Shown in pieces: positions 1-8,991 of a stretch of DNA of 58,677 nucleotides. Numbering within the stretch: position 1 is the first letter of the stretch; each line of letters opens with the position of its first letter. The position numbers and the translations under genes are program-made. Under the pieces are notes generated by a model. The model saw only the letters and a list, made by a program, of their open reading frames with translations. It ran no database searches and was not told the origin of the DNA. Origin of the DNA: a virus (lineage: Duplodnaviria; Caudoviricetes); IMG/VR virus record IMGVR_UViG_3300032295_004333, positions 1-58,677 of that record; one strand, written 5' to 3'.

Positions 1-417
1 ACAACCCCAATACCTGTTACAGGATATGGTTATAACTTGGTAGTTTTACCATATGCTCCACCAACTTCAGGAAATACAATATTCCCACGATTTACTGTTA
101 TAGGTGAAACATCAGGTGTGACGACACCCAACACGTTTGATGTAAATGGTGTTTTTTGGAACTCAATAGATAATTTATCTGTTGATAGAACAAGTTATTA
201 CAGTGGAATGACGGGTACTTCTGTTACCGCTTACTTTACTCAAAATGGAGATACTGCAATTTACAGTGGTTCATCTACGGCATTTACATTTGAAGGTTCA
301 CCAACCACCTTTAACTATAATCCAAACACAAGACCAGGACAATTAACATTAATACAATCGGCATCTACTGACTTCGTAACAGGACAAACTGTTTATATCA
401 GTTACGTGGTGAATTAA
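1..417 (+). CDS. C-terminal part of a Thr/Ser/Gly-rich, probably structural (virion) protein; 5' end lies outside the window
   Basis: Frame 1 is open from base 1 to TAA at 415-417; beta-rich T/S/G composition. Confidence 0.6.
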   Translation, partial: TTPIPVTGYGYNLVVLPYAPPTSGNTIFPRFTVIGETSGVTTPNTFDVNGVFWNSIDNLSVDRTSYYSGMTGTSVTAYFTQNGDTAIYSGSSTAFTFEGSPTTFNYNPNTRPGQLTLIQSASTDFVTGQTVYISYVVN

Positions 418-457
418 AGAATTTTAGATATTTATTGGTAAGTAAATTACCAATACT

Positions 458-709
458 ATGAAAAAATTTTTCTCACAGTTGTTTAACGACAACAACGCAA
501 TCAATGAAAAAAGTGTCGTTGGATTTTTAGCATTTGTTATGATGACTGGGTTCGCAATTGCGGACATCGTTACAGGTTCTTTAGGAAAAGACCTTGTAAT
601 TAACGAATTCATCTTTAATGCATTCCTATGGTTGGTTCTTGGTTCTTTTGGAATCGGGTCAATCGACAAATGGATTAACAAAGGTAAATCCGACGTTACT
701 GAAGAGTAA
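458..709 (+). CDS. small two-TM membrane protein (holin-like)
   Basis: 83 aa, two hydrophobic segments, charged C-terminus; TATTTAT at 429-435 upstream. Confidence 0.55.
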   Translation: MKKFFSQLFNDNNAINEKSVVGFLAFVMMTGFAIADIVTGSLGKDLVINEFIFNAFLWLVLGSFGIGSIDKWINKGKSDVTEE

Positions 710-719
710 AAAACTTTAA

Positions 720-749
720 TCCCCTCCACAGTGAGGGGATTTTTATTTA
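720..749 (+). terminator. intrinsic terminator
   Basis: TCCCCTC/GAGGGGA hairpin followed by a T-run. Confidence 0.75.
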
Positions 750-768
750 CTATTGGTATTTATAGTAG

Positions 769-1647
769 ATGAAAATTATTTTAACGGAAAACCAATTCAA
801 AAGACTTATTGAGGGTCGTGGGGGGCATAACAAAAAAGGAAGTTATGAAGATTTTTTGGATGCAGCCATGAAAATACATTCAGATGAAAATGGAAATCCA
901 AAGTATGATTATTCTCTCGTTGACTACCAAGGTTCAACCAATAAGGTAAAAGTTATCTGTCCAAAACATAAAGATAGACAATTAAAAGACACTGGTAACG
1001 AATATTTTGAAATTGCTCCTGATAGACATATTAGACAGGGTCAAGGGTGTAGATACTGTTATACCGATAAAATCAGTAAATACACTGAGGATGAGTTAGA
1101 AAGAGAAGCTAAAAAATATCAAACAGCCGCTGAGTTCAGAAAAAACTCGTACTTACATTACAATTCCGCAGTAAAAAGACCTGAATTATATAAAAAAATT
1201 ACCCAACATTTTGTTTCTGAAAAAGAATCTTACGGAGAAAGATTAGTATCCAAAATTTTGGTAGATAATGGATTGATTGATTCTAAATGCTTGGAATCAA
1301 AAAGATGTTCCAACAGAGAAAAGACTTTTGAAGATTGTAAGAATACAATTGAAGGTCGATATTGTAGACCATTAAGGTTTGACTTTTACATACCTGAATT
1401 GAATACTATTGTAGAGTACGATGGTGAACAACATTTTAGACCAAGTACAAAATTTGGGATTGAAAAATTTGAAACACTTCAACAAAATGATAAGATTAAA
1501 AATGACTACTGTCTGAAGAAAGGTATCAAACTTATCAGAATACATTACAAGTTTCCTTCAGATAAAATCGAAAAATCACTGACGGATGCACTTAATAATC
1601 CAGAACCAATTACGTTTTTGGGGAATTATCCTAACATTGAAAAATAA
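769..1647 (+). CDS. putative homing-type endonuclease (Zn-ribbon plus Vsr/PD-(D/E)XK-like domain)
   Basis: YDYSLVDY..KVKVICPKH..GCRYC Zn-ribbon; C-terminal LRFDFYIP..VEYDGEQHF..D..K...C....IKLIRI motif. Confidence 0.75.
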   Translation: MKIILTENQFKRLIEGRGGHNKKGSYEDFLDAAMKIHSDENGNPKYDYSLVDYQGSTNKVKVICPKHKDRQLKDTGNEYFEIAPDRHIRQGQGCRYCYTDKISKYTEDELEREAKKYQTAAEFRKNSYLHYNSAVKRPELYKKITQHFVSEKESYGERLVSKILVDNGLIDSKCLESKRCSNREKTFEDCKNTIEGRYCRPLRFDFYIPELNTIVEYDGEQHFRPSTKFGIEKFETLQQNDKIKNDYCLKKGIKLIRIHYKFPSDKIEKSLTDALNNPEPITFLGNYPNIEK

Positions 1648-1660
1648 AAGAGAATATACT

Positions 1661-1689
1661 TCCCCTCCTGAGTGAGGGGATTTTTATTT
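1661..1689 (+). terminator. intrinsic terminator
   Basis: TCCCCTC/GAGGGGA hairpin plus T-run; near copy of 720-749. Confidence 0.75.
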
Positions 1690-1710
1690 CAGTTTGGTAT
1701 TTATTATGTA

Positions 1711-2871
1711 ATGAAGGATTTTATCAAAAGAATTATATTCGAACAAGAAGAAAAATACGACACCTATGAGATGTTGAGAAATTATCAGGGTCCTGATATA
1801 ACCTTACAAGATATAGGTCGTAAATTACGAGTGTTCGGAAAAATTACCAAAGCTGAGTATAACAAAGCAATATCTCAATTCAAAAAAGAGTATTACGCCA
1901 CTTCAATTTTAGATTCAATCAGAACTAATCAAAAAATCCACGATTTAATAAAAGATTTAGGTACCAAAACGTATAATGAGCTTATAAGAAGTGAAAAGAA
2001 AATAATGCTCAAGAACAATCAAAAAGTCAAGGTCGGTCAACCTGAAAGGAATTGGATATTACAAAACGTTAGAGACCTTTTAACCTTCAGAAACAATATC
2101 GATGATACGGGTAAGAAATTTGATTTTCCTGATAGAGAATATAAATCAACTATAACCGATGAATGTAACAAATTGATAAGACAGTTAGGTACCAGAGATT
2201 TCTTTGGTTTTGTGGAAAAAGATGATTGGTCCATTCTTAATAGAATTAATACCAACTACACTAATTGGATTAAATTAATTGCTAAAAGTGACGTAGAAGG
2301 ACAACTTGAGGGTAGAACTGTTACGGAAAAGGTAAAAAATTATTTCACAGAAAAACCAATAGAAACTGTTGTGGATTTATCTGAGTATGGTCCAAGAGAT
2401 AGAGATACTATTAAATTAAAAGTTCCCAAACTAAGTTTGGCGGATGTGGATATCATTTCTTTATTAATTAGTGCCGACGATTCAGAGTCGGACTATGATT
2501 ATACCAGAATGTTAGAAAGAATCAAAAAAACGACTGAAAAGGGTGAAAGTTCTGAAAGACAATTTATAAGTGATTTGATATCAAACGGTGTCCCTAAAGA
2601 AAATATTAAGAATTTTTCTTCCTATGGTAATTTGGTGGATATTACGTTTCAATGTGATTTGATGGTAAAGTTTGAGGATAAATGGATACCTATACAAATT
2701 AAAAGTTCTCAATCAAAATATTCTAAGTTACTATCTTACGACATTGGAGGAATTTTAGTATACCCTGCCGAGAAAAAAAGGGATTGTGGAAATTGGGTTT
2801 ATGATACAGGTAAAGGTCTACCAAAATCTTTTGATGAGGATTTTTTTGGTTTAGTTTGCAATAATGAGTAA
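1711..2871 (+). CDS. hypothetical protein with a possible C-terminal PD-(D/E)XK nuclease domain
   Basis: Start reassigned to ATG 1711 after TATTTAT 1698-1704; GESSE..VDITFQCDLMV..PIQIKS motif. Confidence 0.55.
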   Translation: MKDFIKRIIFEQEEKYDTYEMLRNYQGPDITLQDIGRKLRVFGKITKAEYNKAISQFKKEYYATSILDSIRTNQKIHDLIKDLGTKTYNELIRSEKKIMLKNNQKVKVGQPERNWILQNVRDLLTFRNNIDDTGKKFDFPDREYKSTITDECNKLIRQLGTRDFFGFVEKDDWSILNRINTNYTNWIKLIAKSDVEGQLEGRTVTEKVKNYFTEKPIETVVDLSEYGPRDRDTIKLKVPKLSLADVDIISLLISADDSESDYDYTRMLERIKKTTEKGESSERQFISDLISNGVPKENIKNFSSYGNLVDITFQCDLMVKFEDKWIPIQIKSSQSKYSKLLSYDIGGILVYPAEKKRDCGNWVYDTGKGLPKSFDEDFFGLVCNNE

Positions 2872-2880
2872 TTTTGTTTT

Positions 2881-3099
2881 ATGCCCTTTGAGAAAAAACC
2901 CGAACCCAAACCAACAAAATACGAATACGTATTTGAAGACGATGAATGTATATCAATTTGGAAATACAATACCAAAATCACAACTAACGGACCTGTGGAA
3001 GTGGAATACAAATACAAGAGGGGTTACGTACACCCAAATTCTAAGAAAAAAACTATTGGTGAGTTAGCTAAAGAATCTAAGAAGAAAGTTTCTGATTGA
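2881..3099 (+). CDS. hypothetical protein
   Basis: 72-aa ORF with TAATTTTG promoter at 2869-2876. Confidence 0.6.
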   Translation: MPFEKKPEPKPTKYEYVFEDDECISIWKYNTKITTNGPVEVEYKYKRGYVHPNSKKKTIGELAKESKKKVSD

Positions 3100-3694
3100 T
3101 TAGATTTCTAAGTTGGATAAGTGTTTCCCTATCCAAATTATCAAGTAATCCTGTGGTATTTTCGACAACCAATTTATCTAAAATTGGTTTTTTATTTTCC
3201 AAAACTTTACGTCTCGCAGTTATTTCAAAATTATCAGGTTCAAAATGGTCGGTCTCGTATTCTTCATAATCTCCTTCCCAATAACTGAAGTCACCTTCAT
3301 TATATGAATGTCTTAATGAATCTTGAACCCATCTTTCATCGTAAGATTGCCAAGTTGTCCTATATTTTTCTGTTAGGGTTGCAGGACCCCACACTTCATA
3401 CCAAATATTAAATTTCTCTAATTTTGGTATAGATAAATTGTCTAATGCTTCTTTTTTTGAAATTTTCTCGTCAACAACATCTTTGATAATAGATTCATTT
3501 TCGTCTATGAAAGCTGCAATGAATTCCATGTCCTCATAATCAATACCAATTCCAATCCAACCTGACTTATCTCTTAGTAATTTGAGGTTATCATCAGAAT
3601 CATCCCAAGGATTCCCATAATAGAAATTATCTTGCATTAAAGTTTCAGATAATATCAATAATATTTTAAGAGGTTGTTGGGATAATTTACTCAT
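3077..3694 (-). CDS. hypothetical acidic protein
   Basis: Start reassigned to MSKLS, directly after the TATTTATA motif (3698-3705). Confidence 0.65.
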   Translation of the reverse strand: MSKLSQQPLKILLILSETLMQDNFYYGNPWDDSDDNLKLLRDKSGWIGIGIDYEDMEFIAAFIDENESIIKDVVDEKISKKEALDNLSIPKLEKFNIWYEVWGPATLTEKYRTTWQSYDERWVQDSLRHSYNEGDFSYWEGDYEEYETDHFEPDNFEITARRKVLENKKPILDKLVVENTTGLLDNLDRETLIQLRNLINQKLSS

Positions 3695-3733
3695 GTTTAT
3701 AAATACAAAAAAAGGTGGGAATTTACCCACCTT

Positions 3734-4042
3734 TTAGTTGTTCAATTTTTTTTCGAACGATTTGAGTATACCAATAATGTTATCACGACCAACAGGATTC
3801 GCTGAGTGAACATTCCAATTAGGGATTGGGATTCCGTTTGTCCAACAATAATTACAGAGCCATTTGGCACAATCATATCCCGATTTTATTTCAGTCACAT
3901 TCTCACCCAAATCATGGTCAAATGAAATCTCATCAGGAAGACCATTTTTGTCGATGTATTCAACAAACTCCTCGTAGGTTCTAACTACGGTCCAACCTTT
4001 ACTTTTTGGATTTCTTATGTCGTCTAAGTATAACTTTTTCAA
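3734..4042 (-). CDS. cyclic-phosphate-processing receiver-domain protein
   Basis: LYLDDIRNP, ISFDHDLG, SGYD and HSANPVG motifs. Confidence 0.75.
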   Translation of the reverse strand: MKKLYLDDIRNPKSKGWTVVRTYEEFVEYIDKNGLPDEISFDHDLGENVTEIKSGYDCAKWLCNYCWTNGIPIPNWNVHSANPVGRDNIIGILKSFEKKLNN

Positions 4043-4244
4043 TTGGGTTTTTATTTTTATCGTCTTCTAAACCTCCAACTTGTTGATATGCATCCCATAG
4101 TTGACCTAATGCATATTCAAGTTGAAATCGAATATCCTTATTTTTCTTTGATATTGGATGTTTAATACAGTGTTCCTCAACATTGCACATTATTACATGT
4201 AATCTATCCAATAGTTCAAGATAATGTCCATCATTAATCTTCAT
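3999..4244 (-). CDS. hypothetical protein
   Basis: 81-aa ORF in a tightly overlapping minus-strand operon. Confidence 0.55.
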   Translation of the reverse strand: MKINDGHYLELLDRLHVIMCNVEEHCIKHPISKKNKDIRFQLEYALGQLWDAYQQVGGLEDDKNKNPIEKVILRRHKKSKK

Positions 4245-4716
4245 AGTCAGTTATTTTAGCAATGATAGAATCTTCAGTTTCAATCACCATAGTATGAATA
4301 CTTCCTTCACCAAAATTCAATTCAGAATCAGTAATCTCAGAATCCCAATAGAGGTCCATAGAACGAAATTCAGACTCTTCTTCTTCAGTTAAGGGTTCGT
4401 CCCATTCTACATTAGTTACGTCAACGTCACCGTCCGTAGAGGTTTCTATGGACAAATCAGGAAAGTCTAACTCATGCATTTCACTAATGTCTTTTGTTTC
4501 CAAAAGTTCAATTAGTTCTTGAACGTTGAATTGTTCACATACAAGGCTTGCTCCTCTCCAATAAGTTTCTGAGTCACACCTGAAATTTTTTTCAAATTTT
4601 GTCCCCGTGTGGTAACAAATTTCAAGTAAAGATTTTTTGTTGAGGTCAATAGTGACTTTAACGGAATCTTCAGGATTTAACTTTTTGAGTTCTGAGATTA
4701 CGGATTCATTTTTCAT
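4234..4716 (-). CDS. hypothetical acidic protein
   Basis: 160-aa ORF overlapping its neighbours. Confidence 0.65.
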   Translation of the reverse strand: MKNESVISELKKLNPEDSVKVTIDLNKKSLLEICYHTGTKFEKNFRCDSETYWRGASLVCEQFNVQELIELLETKDISEMHELDFPDLSIETSTDGDVDVTNVEWDEPLTEEEESEFRSMDLYWDSEITDSELNFGEGSIHTMVIETEDSIIAKITDYED

Positions 4717-5396
4717 GGGTAATCGATTTGTTTGGTTTCAGTATCAAATAATAATGTAACTGGTTTGTTTTCATGAGTATATCTTTCACCTAAAACAGAA
4801 GCATTTATAAATTCAACACCATTGAAACTTTTCTGACCGTAGGCACAGTGGATGTGACCACAAACGTGAATTTTAGGTTGAATTTCCATAATTCTTTGGA
4901 ACAAATCTTCACAACCCACTCTCTGTCCGTTTGGAACCCAATCAAGCATTCCGTGAGCGGGACCGTGAGTTAGAAGGATATCTGTATTTCCAGGAATTAA
5001 TGCCCATTTTTCTGCAAGTTTCTCTCCTCTTGGAAGATTGAATGCCCAATTGAAAAACTCAGGCTGCCAAGGACTACCCCAAAAGTTAACTCCATCAATT
5101 TCAACACCACTATCGAATAGATAATGAACACCTTTTTCCTTGTATTCGGGTGCAATATCGCTCACAAGTTCAAACCCCCAATCGTGGTTACCTGCAATGA
5201 AGATTTTATGAGTGTAATCAACATTTGAGAACCAGTCCAAAAAACTTTTGATTTCTCCTGTCTTACCCATCATACTGATATCACCAGCATGTACAAGTAC
5301 ATCTCCACTACCAAGGATATTACCATACGCCTTGGATGTTAAGTACTCGTGTTTGTTGTGAGTATCACTAATAAATGTTATTTTCATCTTCTTCAT
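4713..5396 (-). CDS. calcineurin-like metallophosphoesterase
   Basis: SDTH, HAGD, AGNHD, THGP and GHIH motifs. Confidence 0.9.
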   Translation of the reverse strand: MKKMKITFISDTHNKHEYLTSKAYGNILGSGDVLVHAGDISMMGKTGEIKSFLDWFSNVDYTHKIFIAGNHDWGFELVSDIAPEYKEKGVHYLFDSGVEIDGVNFWGSPWQPEFFNWAFNLPRGEKLAEKWALIPGNTDILLTHGPAHGMLDWVPNGQRVGCEDLFQRIMEIQPKIHVCGHIHCAYGQKSFNGVEFINASVLGERYTHENKPVTLLFDTETKQIDYP

Positions 5397-5526
5397 CTTT
5401 ATCCCAATTTAGGAAGTCTTCACCCTTGTAATCAGGGTAATTTTTTTTCATATAATCAATTCCTCTAACCCAAAAAATTGATATAATTCCTGCTAAGGTA
5501 AATGAAATAATAATACCAACTATCAT
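5368..5526 (-). CDS. small membrane protein
   Basis: ATG at 5526, one N-terminal TM segment (MIVGIIISFTLAGIISIFW). Confidence 0.5.
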   Translation of the reverse strand: MIVGIIISFTLAGIISIFWVRGIDYMKKNYPDYKGEDFLNWDKDEEDENNIY

Positions 5527-5540
5527 ATAATTTAATTTAT

Positions 5541-6143
5541 TTAATCCCACCAATTTGTTATTCCTGAGCCATCGTACCATTTTTCCCAATGGTCATACTT
5601 CATCTTTTCTTCGTCAGAAAGGTTTTCGTGTAATTTACTAAACTCATTAATGTCCTGACCTTTAAGAATCATCCATAATTCATTTTGCTCTAATTTTTCA
5701 ATTTCACGGGCTCTATCATAAACCTTTTTGTTATGCTCATGTTCTTCAGGAGTATCATCAATGTCCATAATCCAACCACCTGAATTCTTAATTTCACCTA
5801 ATTCAGACTCGGCCATCGAGATATAATTACTTTCATCAATATTTTTGATGAGTTGGATTACCCTTTTAATCTTTTCGACCTTTTTCAAACGAGTAGATTC
5901 AATCTCGTTTCCATGATTTTCTAAAGTATTAACCGTTTTTTCCAATGAACGGGCAAACAAACTTAAATTGAAGGTATAATCCCAAGACCTAAAATACCAA
6001 AGTTCTTTTCTGAAAAACCATAGGTTTTCAAAAAACATGGGGATTTTATATCTAAAAACTTCATAGGTCTTATACCACCAAGTTTGATGACGTGCAAGAA
6101 CCTTCAATGACTTCCAAAAACTATCTGCGAATTTAATTTCCAT
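5541..6143 (-). CDS. hypothetical phage protein
   Basis: 200-aa Trp-rich ORF ending in WWD. Confidence 0.65.
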   Translation of the reverse strand: MEIKFADSFWKSLKVLARHQTWWYKTYEVFRYKIPMFFENLWFFRKELWYFRSWDYTFNLSLFARSLEKTVNTLENHGNEIESTRLKKVEKIKRVIQLIKNIDESNYISMAESELGEIKNSGGWIMDIDDTPEEHEHNKKVYDRAREIEKLEQNELWMILKGQDINEFSKLHENLSDEEKMKYDHWEKWYDGSGITNWWD

Positions 6144-6264
6144 TTTGATATTTTTTTATTAGTTCCATAATTTCCCTTGTTAAGGTACCAGCGGTTTTTG
6201 TCCCATCGTTACTCCACAAAATTATGGCATGTTCAATTTCTGAATATAATTTATTTTCATCCAT
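6133..6264 (-). CDS. small hypothetical protein
   Basis: MDENKLY..., 43 aa, directly after the TATATTTG promoter at 6269-6276. Confidence 0.5.
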   Translation of the reverse strand: MDENKLYSEIEHAIILWSNDGTKTAGTLTREIMELIKKYQNGN

Positions 6265-6279
6265 ATTACAAATATAGTA

Positions 6280-6318
6280 AAAAAATAAGACCCGACAAAT
6301 AAATTTGACGGGTCTTTT
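6280..6318 (-). terminator. intrinsic terminator
   Basis: AAGACCCG/CGGGTCTT hairpin with a T-run on the minus strand. Confidence 0.7.
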
Positions 6319-6389
6319 GGAAAGGGATATATATGAGAACACTCCATAGAGTGATGTAGATATAAATATATTAAATTTATAAAAAAATA

Positions 6390-6632
6390 TCAACTCATGA
6401 GGTTCTGAGGGTAAGAAAATTGAGATTCTTTGTTTCTATATGAAGCCCAAAATTCACTTTTCAATAATGAATTCCACTTTTGATTTGAATTTTGAGAAGC
6501 ATGTTTGATTTCCCAAAGAAAGTAGCATTTGAGTGCAGTATTCAACTGTTCTTTTGATTGAACTGATTCAACCAATCTGATTACCCAATTAATTTCTGTT
6601 TTTGCTTTGTTGATATCCATGACTTGTTCCAT
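6390..6632 (-). CDS. hypothetical protein
   Basis: 80-aa ORF with TATCTTTG promoter at 6647-6654. Confidence 0.55.
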   Translation of the reverse strand: MEQVMDINKAKTEINWVIRLVESVQSKEQLNTALKCYFLWEIKHASQNSNQKWNSLLKSEFWASYRNKESQFSYPQNLMS

Positions 6633-6680
6633 AAAATAAATTTTATCAAAGATACCAACAAAAAACTTCTTAAAAAAAAA

Positions 6681-7523
6681 TTAAGATAATAATTTGTAGT
6701 ATTCTTTGAAATGTTTTAGTCTATCAGGTAATCCGATAGTTCCACCATTAACGCATTTTGTAACCGAGGTTACAGTTGCATCAGTTGCGTCGACACATCT
6801 TTTCAAACAGTTCTTACTGAAAAACCACGCTGCGGATAATAGAGGATATTTTGTCGAAACCAAATCAGGATTTGAAATCACGTCTTCATTAATTGCTTTA
6901 CCAAAAGCTGTGTAATTATCTTTCCCTGTTAATTGTATATAACCTCTACCTCTGAACTTAAAACCCTCTCCTGTTGATTCAGGACCATTACCCATTCTAC
7001 CACCATAAACTCTACTTGCAATCTTTTGTGGATTTCTTTGATATGATTCTGCTAAACCAGCCTCTTTAAAGTATTTCGGAAAAATACCTCTAAGACCACT
7101 CGCGGAATAGTTTAAATTTTCATTAACCACTCTGAAGCCTCCACTTTCATGTCCACATTGCGCCAAGAAATGTGCCAACTTTAATGGAGTATCAATTCCA
7201 AATTTAGCTGCAGTTTCAGGGATTTGAGCAATCACATTATCAGGAATATGTCCCTTCAAATTTTCCAATTTTAAACCACCAACAGAAACAACAGGTTGAT
7301 TAACTTGAGAAGGTTTTGCTGGTTCAGTAATTAAAACTGCTTGACCCATAATTTTTTGCCAAGTTTGTTCCCCAACAATACCATCAGGAGTTAAACCATT
7401 TTTAAGTTGAAAAGCTTTCACAGATTCTTCGGTTCCTCTACCAAATATACCATCAGAACCTAATCCTAATTTAGATTGGAGTTTTTTTACGTCTTCTCCT
7501 TTTGACCCAACTTTGAGTAGCAT
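6681..7523 (-). CDS. endolysin: N-terminal peptidoglycan-binding domain plus GH19 catalytic domain
   Basis: GSKGEDVKKLQ..DGIFG..FQ..NGL.PDGIVG; AHFLAQCGHESG, FRGRGYIQLTG, VNGG..GL.DR. Confidence 0.92.
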   Translation of the reverse strand: MLLKVGSKGEDVKKLQSKLGLGSDGIFGRGTEESVKAFQLKNGLTPDGIVGEQTWQKIMGQAVLITEPAKPSQVNQPVVSVGGLKLENLKGHIPDNVIAQIPETAAKFGIDTPLKLAHFLAQCGHESGGFRVVNENLNYSASGLRGIFPKYFKEAGLAESYQRNPQKIASRVYGGRMGNGPESTGEGFKFRGRGYIQLTGKDNYTAFGKAINEDVISNPDLVSTKYPLLSAAWFFSKNCLKRCVDATDATVTSVTKCVNGGTIGLPDRLKHFKEYYKLLS

Positions 7524-7551
7524 AGTAATTTACTTTTTATATAAATACTTT

Positions 7552-8991
7552 CTATTGTGAAGAATGGGATAAGTTAACATCACCCAAAACACAATATTTT
7601 ATATTTTGGGTTAGGCTATTTGTTGTGAAATTTAGAGTAAATGAGGTAACAGGATTAATACTACCGAAATTATTTTTATTAATTAAATCGTAATTTGAAG
7701 ATGAAAACCACAATACCTCGGTGATTGGTCTAAACCCTGTGATATGCGCGGCAACCAAGTAAGCGTCACCTAAATCCAAAATTCCGTTTCGATTAACATC
7801 GGATGCTTTCCATTGTTTTGTACCTGTTAAAACTAAACCCGATGGAGTTGACGTTGGAGTTGAAATATTTTTGGTCTCGTCAAAAACTAAATTGAAATCT
7901 TGTGATGTAACCCCATCAACAGAAAAGGAGGGTATCAATTTGTATGTTGTATTTTGAGCAGGAATACTAAAAGTGAAAAATCCACTTGAGGTAACTGTTT
8001 TAGTTTCAATAAGATTGTCTACACCATTAACAACTCTAAATAAAGAAATTGTTGGATAAGTTGAAAGTGATGGAACCGATATTGTCCCCGATATTGAACC
8101 TAATGATACCTGATTAGTTACGTTTGCACTATAAAAATCAGTGAATGTTTGTTGTTCAGGGTTAGCCCAAGTACCAAATTCAACTATGTAAGGATTTGAC
8201 CAACTTGCAGAACCTGGTAGGTCGTTCCAACAACTACCTCCACCCCATTTAGTAACCGCAAAATCTTCATCACCACTATTGTTTGGCTCACCGACACACC
8301 AATTGTTATATTGACCCGCAATATTACCTGCGGTTTGTCCATTTTGAGTTTTAATTAAAGTTCCATTTTCAGGACCCGCATCAATTCTCCAATAACCCTC
8401 TTGTACCCTATCAGTAAGTGCAAACCAAATATTAGTCTGTGGTACATTTGATATAATAAACGCTTCCTCGTTAGCTGATGTTATTGTAACAAGATAACCT
8501 GTTTGTCCTTTGAAAGTTTGTGATGCAGAAAGTGCTTTTGCGTTATCATATGTTGCTGTTGTAGATATAGGTCTATAAAAGTGACCATTAATCGGATTGT
8601 AATAATATCCTACAGGATTAACTGTTGCAGTAACTGATATTTGAACATTTCCTAAGGTTGAACCTGTATTAACTTTGAGTGATGCCAAAGCATTGTTAAT
8701 ATTTGCCATCGTCCCTGTAAAACTAATTCGTGTAATATTTGACCAACTGTTATAACCTGTAGCAAAAGAAAGACCTGATGTGGTAGTAATAGAAAAGGTG
8801 GTCCCTGCAGGAGGATTAACAAAGCCTATTGATGCCAAAAGAACACTTGATGAATTAAATCCACTCAAAACAAATCCACTACCATCTTGATTTGACGTGT
8901 TGAATTGATATATCCTTGAGGGTGGTGAAGTAATACTCTGACCAAACAAAAACAAGGGAAGAAAAAATAATATTATAAAAAAGTATCTCAT
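7552..8991 (-). CDS. secreted protein with C-type lectin-like and dockerin-like domains
   Basis: Signal peptide; GYLVTITSANEE, YNNW..GEPNN, WND..YIVEF (CTLD); DVNRNGILDLGD Ca-loop; C-terminal LGDVNLSHSS. Confidence 0.75.
   Translation of the reverse strand: MRYFFIILFFLPLFLFGQSITSPPSRIYQFNTSNQDGSGFVLSGFNSSSVLLASIGFVNPPAGTTFSITTTSGLSFATGYNSWSNITRISFTGTMANINNALASLKVNTGSTLGNVQISVTATVNPVGYYYNPINGHFYRPISTTATYDNAKALSASQTFKGQTGYLVTITSANEEAFIISNVPQTNIWFALTDRVQEGYWRIDAGPENGTLIKTQNGQTAGNIAGQYNNWCVGEPNNSGDEDFAVTKWGGGSCWNDLPGSASWSNPYIVEFGTWANPEQQTFTDFYSANVTNQVSLGSISGTISVPSLSTYPTISLFRVVNGVDNLIETKTVTSSGFFTFSIPAQNTTYKLIPSFSVDGVTSQDFNLVFDETKNISTPTSTPSGLVLTGTKQWKASDVNRNGILDLGDAYLVAAHITGFRPITEVLWFSSSNYDLINKNNFGSINPVTSFTLNFTTNSLTQNIKYCVLGDVNLSHSSQ

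Noticed and set aside
6331-6340. 10-nt complementarity between the candidate sRNA and the 38.9-kb small transcript (38939-38948)
   Set aside because: An AT-rich 10-mer match is plausible by chance in 58 kb.
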